A DNA stretch of 63,703 nt, filler included, from an uncultured bacterium (GTDB lineage: Bacteria > DAOPZR01): assembly GCA_964637655.1 (NCBI GenBank). It is 3 parts of 3 records of this genome, joined end to end, with 100 filler letters (N's around TTAATTAATTAA, not from the genome) between each part and the next. Parts side by side here need not be neighbours in the genome. Positions count along the whole stretch, not along the records: positions 2,396 to 33,417 come from CAZWUZ010000011.1; positions 33,518 to 63,703 come from CAZWUZ010000013.1; 1 more part is not named here. One strand, written 5' to 3'. The notes beneath the pieces are model-generated. The model saw only the letters and a program-made list of their open reading frames with translations. It did no database searches and was not told the origin of the DNA. Positions 30,201 to 39,500 of the stretch are shown piece by piece; within the stretch, counting starts at the first letter, position 1; every line of letters begins with the position of its first letter. The position numbers and the translations under genes are program-made.

Positions 30201-32180
30201 AATATCGTCGGGAGCGACACGACGTTCCGTCCGCGCTACGTCATTGTGGCGACGGACACGTTCGGCCGCACGACGTACTGGGGCGCGAACGGGGATTCGT
30301 CGTTCACCTCGCTGGCAGCGGCGCAGGCGAAGCCGGACTCGTTCTCGCTGGTGGCCCCGGTACCGACGTCGGTGACGATCAAGGACGGCAACGACGCTGC
30401 GGCGCCGGCCATCGCCTACAGCGGACAGGTGTTCAACAGCAGCACGATCGGCCTGCGGATCACCACGGCGGCGGAGACGCTCGCCATCGCCATCCGCCAG
30501 CAGGGGGGGACGGATTCGTTCGTCTACTTCGGGGCGGTCTACACCTCGTACACCGGGGAAAGCGGGTTCACCTCGCCGGTAACCTGCACCTTCCCGGTCT
30601 ACCAGCAGACGAGCAGCATCTGCACCTACATCATCACGGTGAAAGCAGCCGATACCGACGTGCCGCCCACCGCGGCATTCAGCGACGAGTGGACCATCAT
30701 CGTCGACACGCAGGCGGCGCAGTACGGCGTGGCGCGCATCGGCAGCAATGCCGCCATCGACACCTACATCGGGACGGTGAGCCAGAACGTGGCATTCATC
30801 GCACAGGACAGTTATGCGGTGAGCACGGTCTGCTTCTACGGTGATGTGACGACCGGTACTTCGGCCTACACCGGCGCGGCGCAGGCGGTCACCTTCACCG
30901 CCGGCGAAGGGTGGAAGCAGCTGTTCCACTATTACGTCGACGGGGCGGGCAACTTTTCGCAGGTCTTCGGTGACACGTTCTACCTCGATGCGACGACCGG
31001 GACGGTGACGGTATCACCGCTGAACCTCACGACCGCCACGGCCACCTATACCTGCACCGGATCGGTGGTGGACAACCGCCTCGACACGCCGGCGACGGTG
31101 CGCGTCCGGGTCAACGGGGGAACGGACTCGACGCTGGCGGTGGTGCAGGCAACCGGCACCTTCGAAGGCCCGCTCACGCTGGTCAAGGGATTCAACACCA
31201 TTCGCGTGACCGCGACCGACAGCGCCGGCAACACGTCGTACGACGAGATTACCGTCACCTATGCCGACGCGGTGGCGACGGTTGCATCGTCGACCGTGCC
31301 GGTGACGGCAACCATCAGCGACACGGGGAGTTCGTTGCTGGCGGTCAACTTCGGCACCAGCGATTCAGCGACCATCACCATCACCAACGTCTCAGGGAGT
31401 GATACGCTGACCGCAGTCATCGACTTCAAACTGACGGGCTACACCGTGACGGTCGAGCGGCTCGATACCGGGACCATCACCACGTCGCTCGGGTCGAGCG
31501 GCAACCTGAACGGCATCACCAGCAGCAACTACGCTTCACTCGATTCGTTCATCGTCAAGTTTACCGCGACTGACAGCCAGGGCAATCTGGTGGCGGATAA
31601 CAGCAGCACGCCGTACGATGGCATCACGCTCACCTGGAACTACGGGCCGGGAATCAGCGCCGCGGACGAGGCCTCGCTGCACATCTTCTATTTCGACCCG
31701 TCCGATTCGCGCTGGAAACAGGCGACGACGGTGAGCGGCCTGACCACAACGTGGCCGGACGGCAGCACGGGCGAGAAGCAGTCGCTGGTCAACGACACCA
31801 TCGGTATCCGCGTCACGCACCTCTCCATCTGGGGCGTGTTCGTGGGCGGGGCGCCGCTGGCGGCGAATCTCGACAACGTGCAGATCTTCCCCAACCCGTT
31901 CAAGCCGTATGACGGCAACGCGGCGACGGGGGAACCGTATGACGGCAACCCGAACGGGATGACCGGTATCAGGTTCATCAACCTTGCGGCCAACACCGAG
32001 ATCAAGATCTACACGATCAACGGGGAACTGGTCGACGAGGTGAGCATGGTGGCCAACCAGGGCCTCGCGGTGTGGGACGCCCGCAACAAGGGTGGCGACG
32101 AACTGGCGAGCGGCATCTACCTCGCCGTGCTGCGCGCCAACGGGCAGACCGTGGTCAAGAAGGTCGCGATTATCAGGTAA
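24198..32180 (+). CDS. Giant secreted protein B (~2,660 aa): N-terminal cohesin-like domain, Ig-like repeats, ZU5-like domain, T9SS-type/FlgD-Ig C-terminal sorting domain
   Basis: Signal peptide (GVAWA-S); V.LG..FSV.LW.....A...IKWDPSAL cohesin-like pattern; D.AGN Ig motifs; VTHLSIWGVF; IFPNPF...IKIYTING.LV...WDARN..G..LASGIY...KKVAIIR. Confidence 0.9.
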   Translation: MVRRMTLKTTAGVGTANYPRQIFQILCIACLAGILSMGLPGVAWASYCALSDGDTTTFLPISQKQVDLGGAFSVYLWLNYEDNALAVNDFAAASRIKWDPSALSLVDTAVVSHGATSVTTSVLNPNIPSSGSHLLIMDYNPNYVSNKVSVIRYDFTKLTAAATTINVVIDSRSIPAELGCLYNDFNNGKLKADTAINLVVYSTDTTPPTIDTPTIGTMIAGETRSVADIILRDASAAVDNMACSIWVHPGTGGSWMPVNLSCDTYYGDTAVFSGSIPGTYITTPYVYYFLSGRDSAGNFAKWPAGANLTDTNNADSKVVYSNVPLTVTGVGRGSTYYSDSLPASVHYATTTDSVYIWVNTAADSVYVLNRSLGAFDDTEVTTSNTNTTTTSHFGCTVPLKPDAANYIVVVGQDGVMPWTTSETIVVYCDTVGPQTPVVSVNNGATAINSLTVNLMMTANDTLSGTLKFYVDACTMPYAPDASLIDATYTKGQNMTGDTGSPLTVTSYSDSNYLYLYVQAEDSAGNKYMDGSNIALKSVIIDTMSPRIYDYANGAVRTYTSVGDSDARTGETQAITLAIADSTAITGTLYFRHQNIGVSTWAADTLVLLGALGGDFNLYGCSIPAHVVGQVGTNDCTGGIEVFAQITDALGQSTWIDSRGVTLNDSYSTVVQRQASGFDTFTAGDSVYIAPQVLTDAMFNRGYAPQAVAWNDTVYVTGNTLYIGFGTNADTVRVIGANSTGGTIDTAVWPNTRNYWTSTDTFSIALPLGPGYNWFSLQGHDDSEPTRMGDTIYVFNDTMVPLVVATVIETGALAVDTQTALVVSVTAYDTRSALVGSQQTTPDTIVLSDTFWMNPSVLADTTTAYLAAFRTYRYAYGAGVYTYNVTRTDTTIYSLYAYAIDQVGNVSTAVTAIDTIYHDTAGAQIDFAGVADNRAATQPVALTLTVNELTGDSAVSEVKLYYSHPYAQGYPNVTWWSDTTAAVYLTANTWRITIPDSFVGGVADTVTGVRYFVRTRDALNHYTYWGVTGGLQANQRANVFSCHDTTSSTGGDALYQSDYYYDTFSVVLAVSTTITIGVSDATDTWSLASGLYFACDTAWINIVSEGDTKSYASYGATNNVITETQTLAGVGTVLMDSIALAMGTNNIFVYVESDTQPDFWMSYAVIADTAVPMLYGDSLTVRVHRDAITGRTTTDSQNGVYINLLAEDTGGSNLAQYRVGEAPGALGAWQNYAAQFLYTFTARDTVPLFLQVKDAAGNLSALLQDTIYVDTQGPAIVHTAIADSRAKNAALAVTAQVDDLSGTAAVTNVFVWFRNLNQYAGTVNGWDSAAMVRTGTSTTFTGTIPDSAIGTAADSGVDYFIEAWDTYVAMGSALNRSYYYGAGSVQTGVTLAQAQANPDSFTTVSGVKLEVWLRDAADALGSDTRAANGLYFMSDTIFVRLIHDADSVLVYANGVQVAACSQPANATNALDTLTVSTFSCTAGLSTLMIVGIDGSQPWDTQVYTVYVDTWAPVLSAGTDTFTMDSDMVASPDTSVTIYLALTDSDAGFNVTGGIAYYELSETITFNDTVATGRQAYTQLRDWNFANTDGDSVLTLYLRYWDVAGNTSPVSARSMYWDTVAPSIVFTAITDSKPTSRAVAVTATCTDLSGTATLNVVTSVSPYATWETWPLSASGPNTFSGAIPDTVVGSSASLTGVRYYLAATDSWGKTAFWVGDGTLYDSFTVSLPVATTVAARDFDTLTYTTLVSYGSGWTPTYYRTDSFTLKVTTNADTLAVYILNNDRAVVWNSETFAVGVGQVNFDTYLFLDTHLLDDTCFIQVVGADNAEPTNIDTYAIYVDTRTPYFTTAALIDGGLYATGDTSVTVTFAAADTYSVAYVIVSEMHPQFMTDTESRKVAYTTSVTYTLTKDTQVATVYVAAFDIAGNMAVSLDQIWLDTFAPFIYYNGVDDSRSISQRVAVQATIADTSGTVPTVVLYYQDSTSTWGSTAMTAQVGGTYLGYIPANIVGSDTTFRPRYVIVATDTFGRTTYWGANGDSSFTSLAAAQAKPDSFSLVAPVPTSVTIKDGNDAAAPAIAYSGQVFNSSTIGLRITTAAETLAIAIRQQGGTDSFVYFGAVYTSYTGESGFTSPVTCTFPVYQQTSSICTYIITVKAADTDVPPTAAFSDEWTIIVDTQAAQYGVARIGSNAAIDTYIGTVSQNVAFIAQDSYAVSTVCFYGDVTTGTSAYTGAAQAVTFTAGEGWKQLFHYYVDGAGNFSQVFGDTFYLDATTGTVTVSPLNLTTATATYTCTGSVVDNRLDTPATVRVRVNGGTDSTLAVVQATGTFEGPLTLVKGFNTIRVTATDSAGNTSYDEITVTYADAVATVASSTVPVTATISDTGSSLLAVNFGTSDSATITITNVSGSDTLTAVIDFKLTGYTVTVERLDTGTITTSLGSSGNLNGITSSNYASLDSFIVKFTATDSQGNLVADNSSTPYDGITLTWNYGPGISAADEASLHIFYFDPSDSRWKQATTVSGLTTTWPDGSTGEKQSLVNDTIGIRVTHLSIWGVFVGGAPLAANLDNVQIFPNPFKPYDGNAATGEPYDGNPNGMTGIRFINLAANTEIKIYTINGELVDEVSMVANQGLAVWDARNKGGDELASGIYLAVLRANGQTVVKKVAIIR

Positions 32181-32183
32181 GCG

Positions 32184-32212
32184 CGGCGGGGCGGGCAACC
32201 GCCCCGCCGTTT
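32184..32212 (+). terminator. GC-rich hairpin with GCAA tetraloop and short U-tract between giant B and the PorV-like gene
   Basis: CGGCGGGGCGG-GCAA-CCGCCCCGCCG-TTT (11-bp perfect stem). Confidence 0.6.
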
Positions 32213-32276
32213 CACCCGCCCACGGGCGGCAGAAGCGAAGAAGAGGGATGGCGCGAAGGCGCTGGTGGAGGCAACT

Positions 32277-33206
32277 ATGAAAACGATGACAATACTGGCA
32301 CTGCTCGGGGCGCTGCTGGCAATTCCCGCGTACGCGGATGATCCCGGGTCGGCCACCGCCCAGTTCCTGAAAACAGGACAGGGGGCGGGACCGATGGGGA
32401 TGGGCGGGGCGTATGCCGCGCTGGCGGGGAACGTCAACTCACTCTACTGGAACCCGGGCGGCCTGGGCGAGGTGGCGACGCCGGAAGTGCTCTTCATGCA
32501 CAACAACAACTACGTCGACATCAGCAACCAGTACCTCGGCTTTGTCTACCCGGTCGAGGAATGGGCGGGCACCATCGGCCTCGGGGTCACCTACCAGGAC
32601 TACGGGGACATCGATCGCACGCTGATCACCGGGGCGACCACCTACACCAGCAACGGCTCGTTCGGGGCCAACGACCTGTCCGTCGCGGTCGGCTACGGTA
32701 CGCGGCTTGACCCGTCGTACACCGTCGGCATGAACCTCAAGTACATCCGCAGCAAGATCGAAAACGAGGATGCCAGCGCGTTTGCAGTCGATCTTGGACT
32801 GCTCTGGCGCGAACCGGAATCGCCGTTCAGTGTCGGTATCGCGCTGCAGAACCTCGGCACGAAGATGAAGTTTATCAGCCGCCGTGACAAGCTGCCGCTC
32901 AATTTCAAACTGGGCATCGCCTACCGCCTGCTGCCGGAACTGACCTTCGCGGTCGACATGAACAAGCCCATCGACAATGACGTGCTGCTCAATGCCGGGG
33001 CTGAGTACTGGCTGGCGGACATGTTCGCGCTGCGCCTCGGCTACGACGGCATGAACGAGGCGGGGAACGGCATGACCGCGGGCGCGGGCTTCCGCTTCGA
33101 GGATATGTGTGTCGACTACGCGTGGGTGGACGGGGGCGACCTCGACGACGCCCACCGCGTGTCGCTCAATTTTGCCTTCGGTCCGATGACGGGACAGGCG
33201 TACTGA
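32277..33206 (+). CDS. PorV/PorQ (UPF0164, FadL-like) outer-membrane beta-barrel
   Basis: Signal peptide; A.FLK.G.GA...GMG.AY.A......SLYWNPGGL; alternating beta strands; C-terminal HRVSL.F.F. Confidence 0.88.
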   Translation: MKTMTILALLGALLAIPAYADDPGSATAQFLKTGQGAGPMGMGGAYAALAGNVNSLYWNPGGLGEVATPEVLFMHNNNYVDISNQYLGFVYPVEEWAGTIGLGVTYQDYGDIDRTLITGATTYTSNGSFGANDLSVAVGYGTRLDPSYTVGMNLKYIRSKIENEDASAFAVDLGLLWREPESPFSVGIALQNLGTKMKFISRRDKLPLNFKLGIAYRLLPELTFAVDMNKPIDNDVLLNAGAEYWLADMFALRLGYDGMNEAGNGMTAGAGFRFEDMCVDYAWVDGGDLDDAHRVSLNFAFGPMTGQAY

Positions 33207-33213
33207 CAGTGTG

Positions 33214-33417
33214 ACCCTCTCCCTCAGGGAGAGGCCGGAGTGACTGAGTACTGACGCGGCAGTTTACCTTTTTACCCTCTCCCTCAGGGAGAGGGCAGGG
33301 TGGCTGCCAGTCATCCCGGCGGGATGACGCTGCAGTCGCTGCCGCAGGCAGCGTGGGGCAAAGCGGCAGTTTACCTTTTTACCCTCTCCCTCAGGGAGAG
33401 GGCAGGGTGGCTGCCAG
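33214..33417. repeat. Cluster of three CCCTCTCCCTCAGGGAGAGG palindromes including an exact 55-bp direct repeat (33256-33310 = 33363-33417)
   Basis: Direct reading; extra small hairpins GTCATCCC-GGC-GGGATGAC and GCTGCC-GCA-GGCAGC lie between copies; contig breaks here. Confidence 0.9.
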
Positions 33418-33517
33418 NNNNNNNNNNNNNNNNNNNNNNNNNNNNNNNNNNNNNNNNNNNNTTAATTAATTAANNNNNNNNNNNNNNNNNNNNNNNNNNN
33501 NNNNNNNNNNNNNNNNN
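33418..33517. other. Artificial contig-joining linker
   Basis: N-run, TTAATTAATTAA, N-run. Confidence 0.97.
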
Positions 33518-36500
33518 TACTGGTTCATTTCGGGCTCGGCCAACCTCGTGGTTACGGTCGACGTCCCGGCCGGCGTGACGGACGGCACCTCCCTTATCGG
33601 GCGACTGCCGCTGGATGGTATCGTCAGCGCCATGCTCGGCGATTCCGCTCCGGACACCGCGGTCATCACCAATGCCTACGCGGTGACCATCGCCGCGGCA
33701 CCCAGCCCGCTGAGCACGGTCGACCACTTTGCACTGGTGGGCCCGGCGACGGCCACCGCGGGACAGGCCTACACGCTCAGTTCCATCACGGCGATGGACA
33801 GTACGGATCTGCGCGTCACCTCGTTCACCTCGGCGGTGGCGCTGACCTGTACCCCGGGGAGCGTGTCGCCGTCCGTTTCCGGTGCGTTCACCGCCGGCCT
33901 GCTGGCCGGTCAGAATCTGACCTTCAGCGAGCGCGGCAGCACGACACTGACCGCGCGCTATGGCGGCACCCCGACTGACCTGATTATCTCCGAGTATATC
34001 GAGGGGACGAGCAACAACAAGTACCTCGAGATCTACAACGGCACGGGCGACACGGTCGACCTGACGGCCTATACCCTTGCATTGTACGGCAACGGCAGCC
34101 CGGTCGCCACCGCCTCGCTGGCCTTGACCGGCACGCTGGCTGATGGTGCGACGAAGATCTACGCGAACAGTTCTGCGGTAATCCACACGCCGCTGACGGT
34201 GACGACCACCTCGGTCTGCAACTTCAATGGCGACGATGCCATCGCGTTGCTCAAGGGCGGCGCTTACGTCGATATCATCGGGTGCATCGACGAGGATCCG
34301 GGTACGGTCTGGACCTATGGAGCCAACACGACGGCGGAAATGTCGCTGGTACGCAAGGCGGCGGTGGTCATGGGGGTGAGCACCAACCCGGACAGCGGCT
34401 TCCCGACCATCGACGCGGAGTGGACCGGGCTGGCGCAGGATGACACGTCGAACCTCGGGGCGCATACGATGACCATCGGCACCCCCTGCACGGGCACGCT
34501 GACGCTCACCGTGCTGCCGGCCCCGACGGCCGCGGCCGCGGCGTTCACCAGCAGCGCACTGGTCGCGGTCGACACTTACGATGTCGGCGACACGCTCTAC
34601 CTGAAGGTGGTGGATGACGACCGCAACCGGTCGCGCACGGCGCACGAGACACTGACGGTCAATGTGCGCACCTCGGGCGGCGATTCCGAGACGGTGGTGC
34701 TGCACGAGGGACTGACCGGGGCGGCCATCGACAGTTCACTCTTTACCGGCAGCATCGGGTCGCGGCGCGCGGCGGCGGTGACCGGCAACGGCAGCATCGA
34801 GGCGGCGCTGGGTGAGACGGTCACCCTGCACTATCTCGACCCGGTGAACAGCGCTACGGCGGCAGTGACAGACACGTTCAACGCGTTCACGGCGGCGGTG
34901 CTGCGTGTCACCGATACGACCTTCGCGCTGAATGTGACCGGCTACCTGATTGGCGACACGCTGTTCTTTGAGGTGACCGACATCGATGAAGATACACAGG
35001 CGGGCGCCATCGACGCCATCACCATCACGGTCTACTCACTGCTGGCCAACGATACGGAGACGGTGATCCTGACCGCGTTGAGCAATGTGGCGGATACCTA
35101 TGTCGGGGCGCTGGCTTCACAAATCAGCACCGGGGCGGCCACCGCCAATGACGGGATCCTCTGGGCGCTGGCGGCGGGCGATGTGCTCTACGTCACCTAC
35201 ACCGACAACGACGACGCGACGGATACGGAAGCGCTGACGCGGCGCCTGGTCGCGGACGGCCCGGCCGTGATCCGCATGACCGATGCGGCGGGGGCGGAGA
35301 AGGACACCTACACGCTGGGTGACACCATCCACGTGGTCCTGTTCGACCGCGACGAGAACCTGTCGCTGACCGATGTCGAGACGGTGACGGTGCTCATCAC
35401 CGCGCAGAACGGCGAAAGCGTGACGGTCACCCTGACCGAGGTGGCGGCAAACGCCGACACCTTCACCGGCCAGGTGCTGACGCAGTACTACGGGACGGAC
35501 ACGCTCTACGCGCAGTTCCAGCCCGCGCATGGCGATTCGCTGAGCGCGTGGTATGCCGATAACGACAGTGCGGCTGATGCAACGTATGATACGGCGTCCA
35601 TCGCGGCGGCCTCCGTCTCGGCGGTGACCTTCCGTGATACGACCTACGCGACGGTGGCAACAGTGCTCACCGCGGGCGACACCATCTTCGTGCAGGTGCA
35701 GGATGCGGACGAGGCCGGCTGGTCAGCGACCCTGCAGGCGTACCTGTTCACGACCCGCAGCGACAGCGAACTGGTGACACTCACCGCGTCGCATACCGGG
35801 AGCGAAACCTTTGTTGCGGCACTCACTGCGGTGCGACTGATGTCCGGGACCCCGACTGCCGGTGACAATCTCGTGCAGGTGTATGCCGGCGATACGGTCT
35901 ACGTGGTCTACACCGACCCGACGCACAGCACCACGGATACCAGCGTGCTGAGCGTGCGCGTGACGCTGGCCTCGGAAACGTACGCCCTGCTGGACAGCAC
36001 AACCACCAGCGTCATCGCCGGCCTGCGCCTGGGCGACAGTGTTACCATAATGCTGACTGACCACGGCATGAATAACGACTCCACGGTGGCGGATGTGCTG
36101 ACGGTGCTCGTGTGGAATGCGTCGCTGACCGACACGGAAACCATCACCCTGACCGAAACCGACAGCAACAGCGGGACCTTCCGCGGCTGGCTGGCTACCG
36201 ATACGAACGGGGCGGCCGCCGGCAACAGCATCCTCAACGGGGTGGCGGCAGGCGACACGGTCTACGTGCGCTACCTTGATCCGTTTGACGGCGAACTGCG
36301 CACGCAGCAACTCTGGACCGTGGGGGATACCCCGTCCGTACTGTCGTTTACCACCAGCGCCGGGGCGCCGGTGACGCAGTACCTGATCGGCAACACCTTC
36401 TACCCGCGGGTGTACGACTGGGACCGCAACCTCAACCCGGTGAGCATGTCTGAGACGGTGACCGTGCGTCTCACCTCGCTGCTGACCGGCGATTCGGTGA

Positions 36501-39500
36501 CACTGACCCTGAATGAAACGGACAGCCACAGCGGCATCTTCACCGCCGGCGTGGCGTCGCAGTTTGCCGCGGCCGCACCAGACGCCGTGCTGCAGGTGGG
36601 TATTGACGACACGGTGACACTCTGGTACATGGATGTCCGGGCCGGTGACAGCCGCTCGTTCGACGTCGCGGTGCTGGCGCAGGGGGACAGCCGCAACATC
36701 AAACTCAACGAAATCGTCAGCCAGTCCGCCTACCGTGACGAGTGGGTGGAACTCTATAACAGCGACACCATGGCGGCGGTTGACCTGGGCGGCTGGGTGC
36801 TGACCAACTACTCGGGGAACCACTACACCTTCCCGGCGGTCAACGTGCCGCCGCTGAAGCTCGTTGTCGTGCATTTCAGCCCGGCGGGCGCCGGCGTGGA
36901 CGAGACCGATTTCAGCGACAGCGTGGCCCATCTCTATACCCGGGGCGCACCGCCGGAGGACTACCTCGACACCAACGACGGCGGACTGAACTACGGCGAC
37001 GTGCTCGGCCTGTACAACAGCACGACGTTGGACAGCACGACGATCATCGATTTTGTCGCGTGGGGCAATAATAACAACCGCGGCCGGGAACGTGACAGCG
37101 ACGCGGTGGCGGCAGGTATCTGGGAAAACGATTCGTGGGTGCAGGGTTTCTCGGCGATGCCCGATTGCCCGGTCTACCGGTTCGTTGACGGCGGCGACTC
37201 GAATCTTGCGGACGACTGGGGCATTCACGTGGCCGGGCGGTACACGGAAGGCGTAGCGAATGCCGGGTATGGCGTGATGCCGGGTGATGTGGTCGCCGCG
37301 TTCATGCAGAGCAACTTCACCGATACGCTGGCCGGCCATTACACGCCGGGCGATTCGCTCTACCTGCGCGCCTTGAGCGACAACGACGACCCGAACACGG
37401 TCGACGTGCTGGCCCTGAACCTGCGCGGCTATGGCGACACCGGGATCATTGTCACGCTGCGCGAAACCGGACTGCACACCCTTGACTATCGCGGCACGGT
37501 GGCGGCGAGTACGCTGGCCAGCATCAGCGCCATCGACCGGCTGAAGGTGATTACCGACACGGCGAACCGGATCCGCCTGTTCCGCTACAACACGCTGCTC
37601 GACTCGGTGATGGTAGCGGTGCCCAGTATGCTGCTGCAGCCGTCAATGACCGCAGCCGCGGTTGATACGCTGACCGGAGTGCTGCTTGGTGATACCTTCT
37701 GGCTGACCGTGATCGATTACGACGCCAACTGCGACAGCAACGCAGTCGATTATCTGACCGTGGTGGTCGGCGCAACCACTGGCGACAGCGAAATCATCCT
37801 GCTGGCGGAAATCGGGCCGGACAGCGGCATCTTCCGCGGTGCGGTGCCCACGGATACGGGTGCCGTGGCGGCATACAACGGCATACTCAACGGTGACACT
37901 GATGCCGATACCGTGCAGATTCACTATGTGGACGACGGGGATACCAGTGACTGGCGCTGGCTGGGTTTGTACGCGGTAGGACGCTGGCCGTCAACGATTG
38001 AGTTTACCGACAGCGATGGTGACCCGGTCACTGCCTACAGCGCCGGCGACACCGTCTACGTGCGCGTGGTCGACCACAATGCCAATCTCGACCGCGCGGC
38101 GGTGGAGACCATGCAGGTCTGGCTGAGCGGTGCCTATGGCGACAGTGAACTGGTGACCCTGACCGAGGTGAGCGCGTCTGGCGATACCTTCGTCGGCACC
38201 ATCCGCCTGGCCCTGAGCGCAGCCATAGTTGGCAACGGCATCGTCGAGAATGACCGGAGCAACTATCTCGTGGTACAGTATACGGACGCGCGCGACGCAA
38301 GCGACACCGCCACCGACACGGCAGTGATGACGGATGCTCCGGTGATCGCGGCGGCGGCCAACCTGACCGGCACGGATTCCGGCATTATCTACGGTGGCTA
38401 CCCGGAGACGCTGGTTGCGCAGTACAGCGATGCCGATACCATCACGGACATCGATACGCTCTACCTGCGCGTGGCGTGGGAGTACGCACCGTGGACCGTC
38501 ACACTCTCCTGCACGCGGGGCGGCACAACGGTGAGCAGTGACAGTGACGGCGCACTGCTGGGCGCGGCCACGGTCAGCCAGGGCGTGAGCGGCACGGTGC
38601 TGACCTGTACCTGGACTTTTGCGTTGGGCTGGCACTTCGACGACACGACCACCATCGCCTACGGGGTGGCGGCGGGCGGCGCGTATCAGCCGTTCAGCGG
38701 CTGGTCGTTCACCGACTCGTTCGCGCGCTATGAGAACGACCTGCAGTTTACGGACACGCTGGCGGCGGTATGGAAACAGGGCGGGCTGCCGGAAGACACC
38801 TGGGCGCGCGGTGGCGACACCATCGCCTTCAGCGGCCTGCGCGTGGTCTACGAAGGAAGCACGCTTTCGCCCACCGACCTGACCGCGTTCGACATCAGGG
38901 TGGCAAGCGCTGACGCGGCGACGGTGGACTACGACACCACGCACAGCACGCTGGCCATCACGGTGCTCGCGGACAGCGTGACGCGCGCGGATGACACCTA
39001 CACTTTCACCATCGTGCCGGCGTACGGCACGGTATCGGCACTCAACAACGACACCTTCCTGGTGCGGGTCGATGCTGATTCGCCCGGCGTATTCAGTTCC
39101 TTTGCCGCGGTGGGGCGCGGCTCGTCCAGCGTGCAGCTGCAGTGGAGCGCCACGGACGACCCGCAGAGCGGGTTCGGCGCCTACCGGATCTACTACAGCG
39201 CCGGCGCGCCGGCGACATTGGCCTCGGCGTCGTGGGGCCCGGCGAACGACGGCGCGCTGTCCACTCCGGCGACCACAGGTACTACCATCACCGGCCTGAG
39301 CGCGGGGACGACATACTACTTCCTGCTGACGGCAAGCGATACGGTCGGCAACATCCGCGTCCACGGTACGCAGGTGGATACGGTCACGGCGGGCAACCTC
39401 GACCACTTTACGCTGGCCGGTGCGGCGACAGCGACTGAAGGGGTGCCCTACACCATCACCACCATCACAGCGCAGGACACGGCCAATGCCACGGTGACCA

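Noticed and set aside
13902-32180. Classical cellulosome
   Set aside because: No glycoside hydrolase, CBM3 or tandem cohesin array recognised; only single cohesin-like and dockerin modules
33256-33417. Possible CRISPR array (repeat-spacer-repeat)
   Set aside because: Only two 55-bp units, a structured spacer, REP-like palindromes and no cas genes
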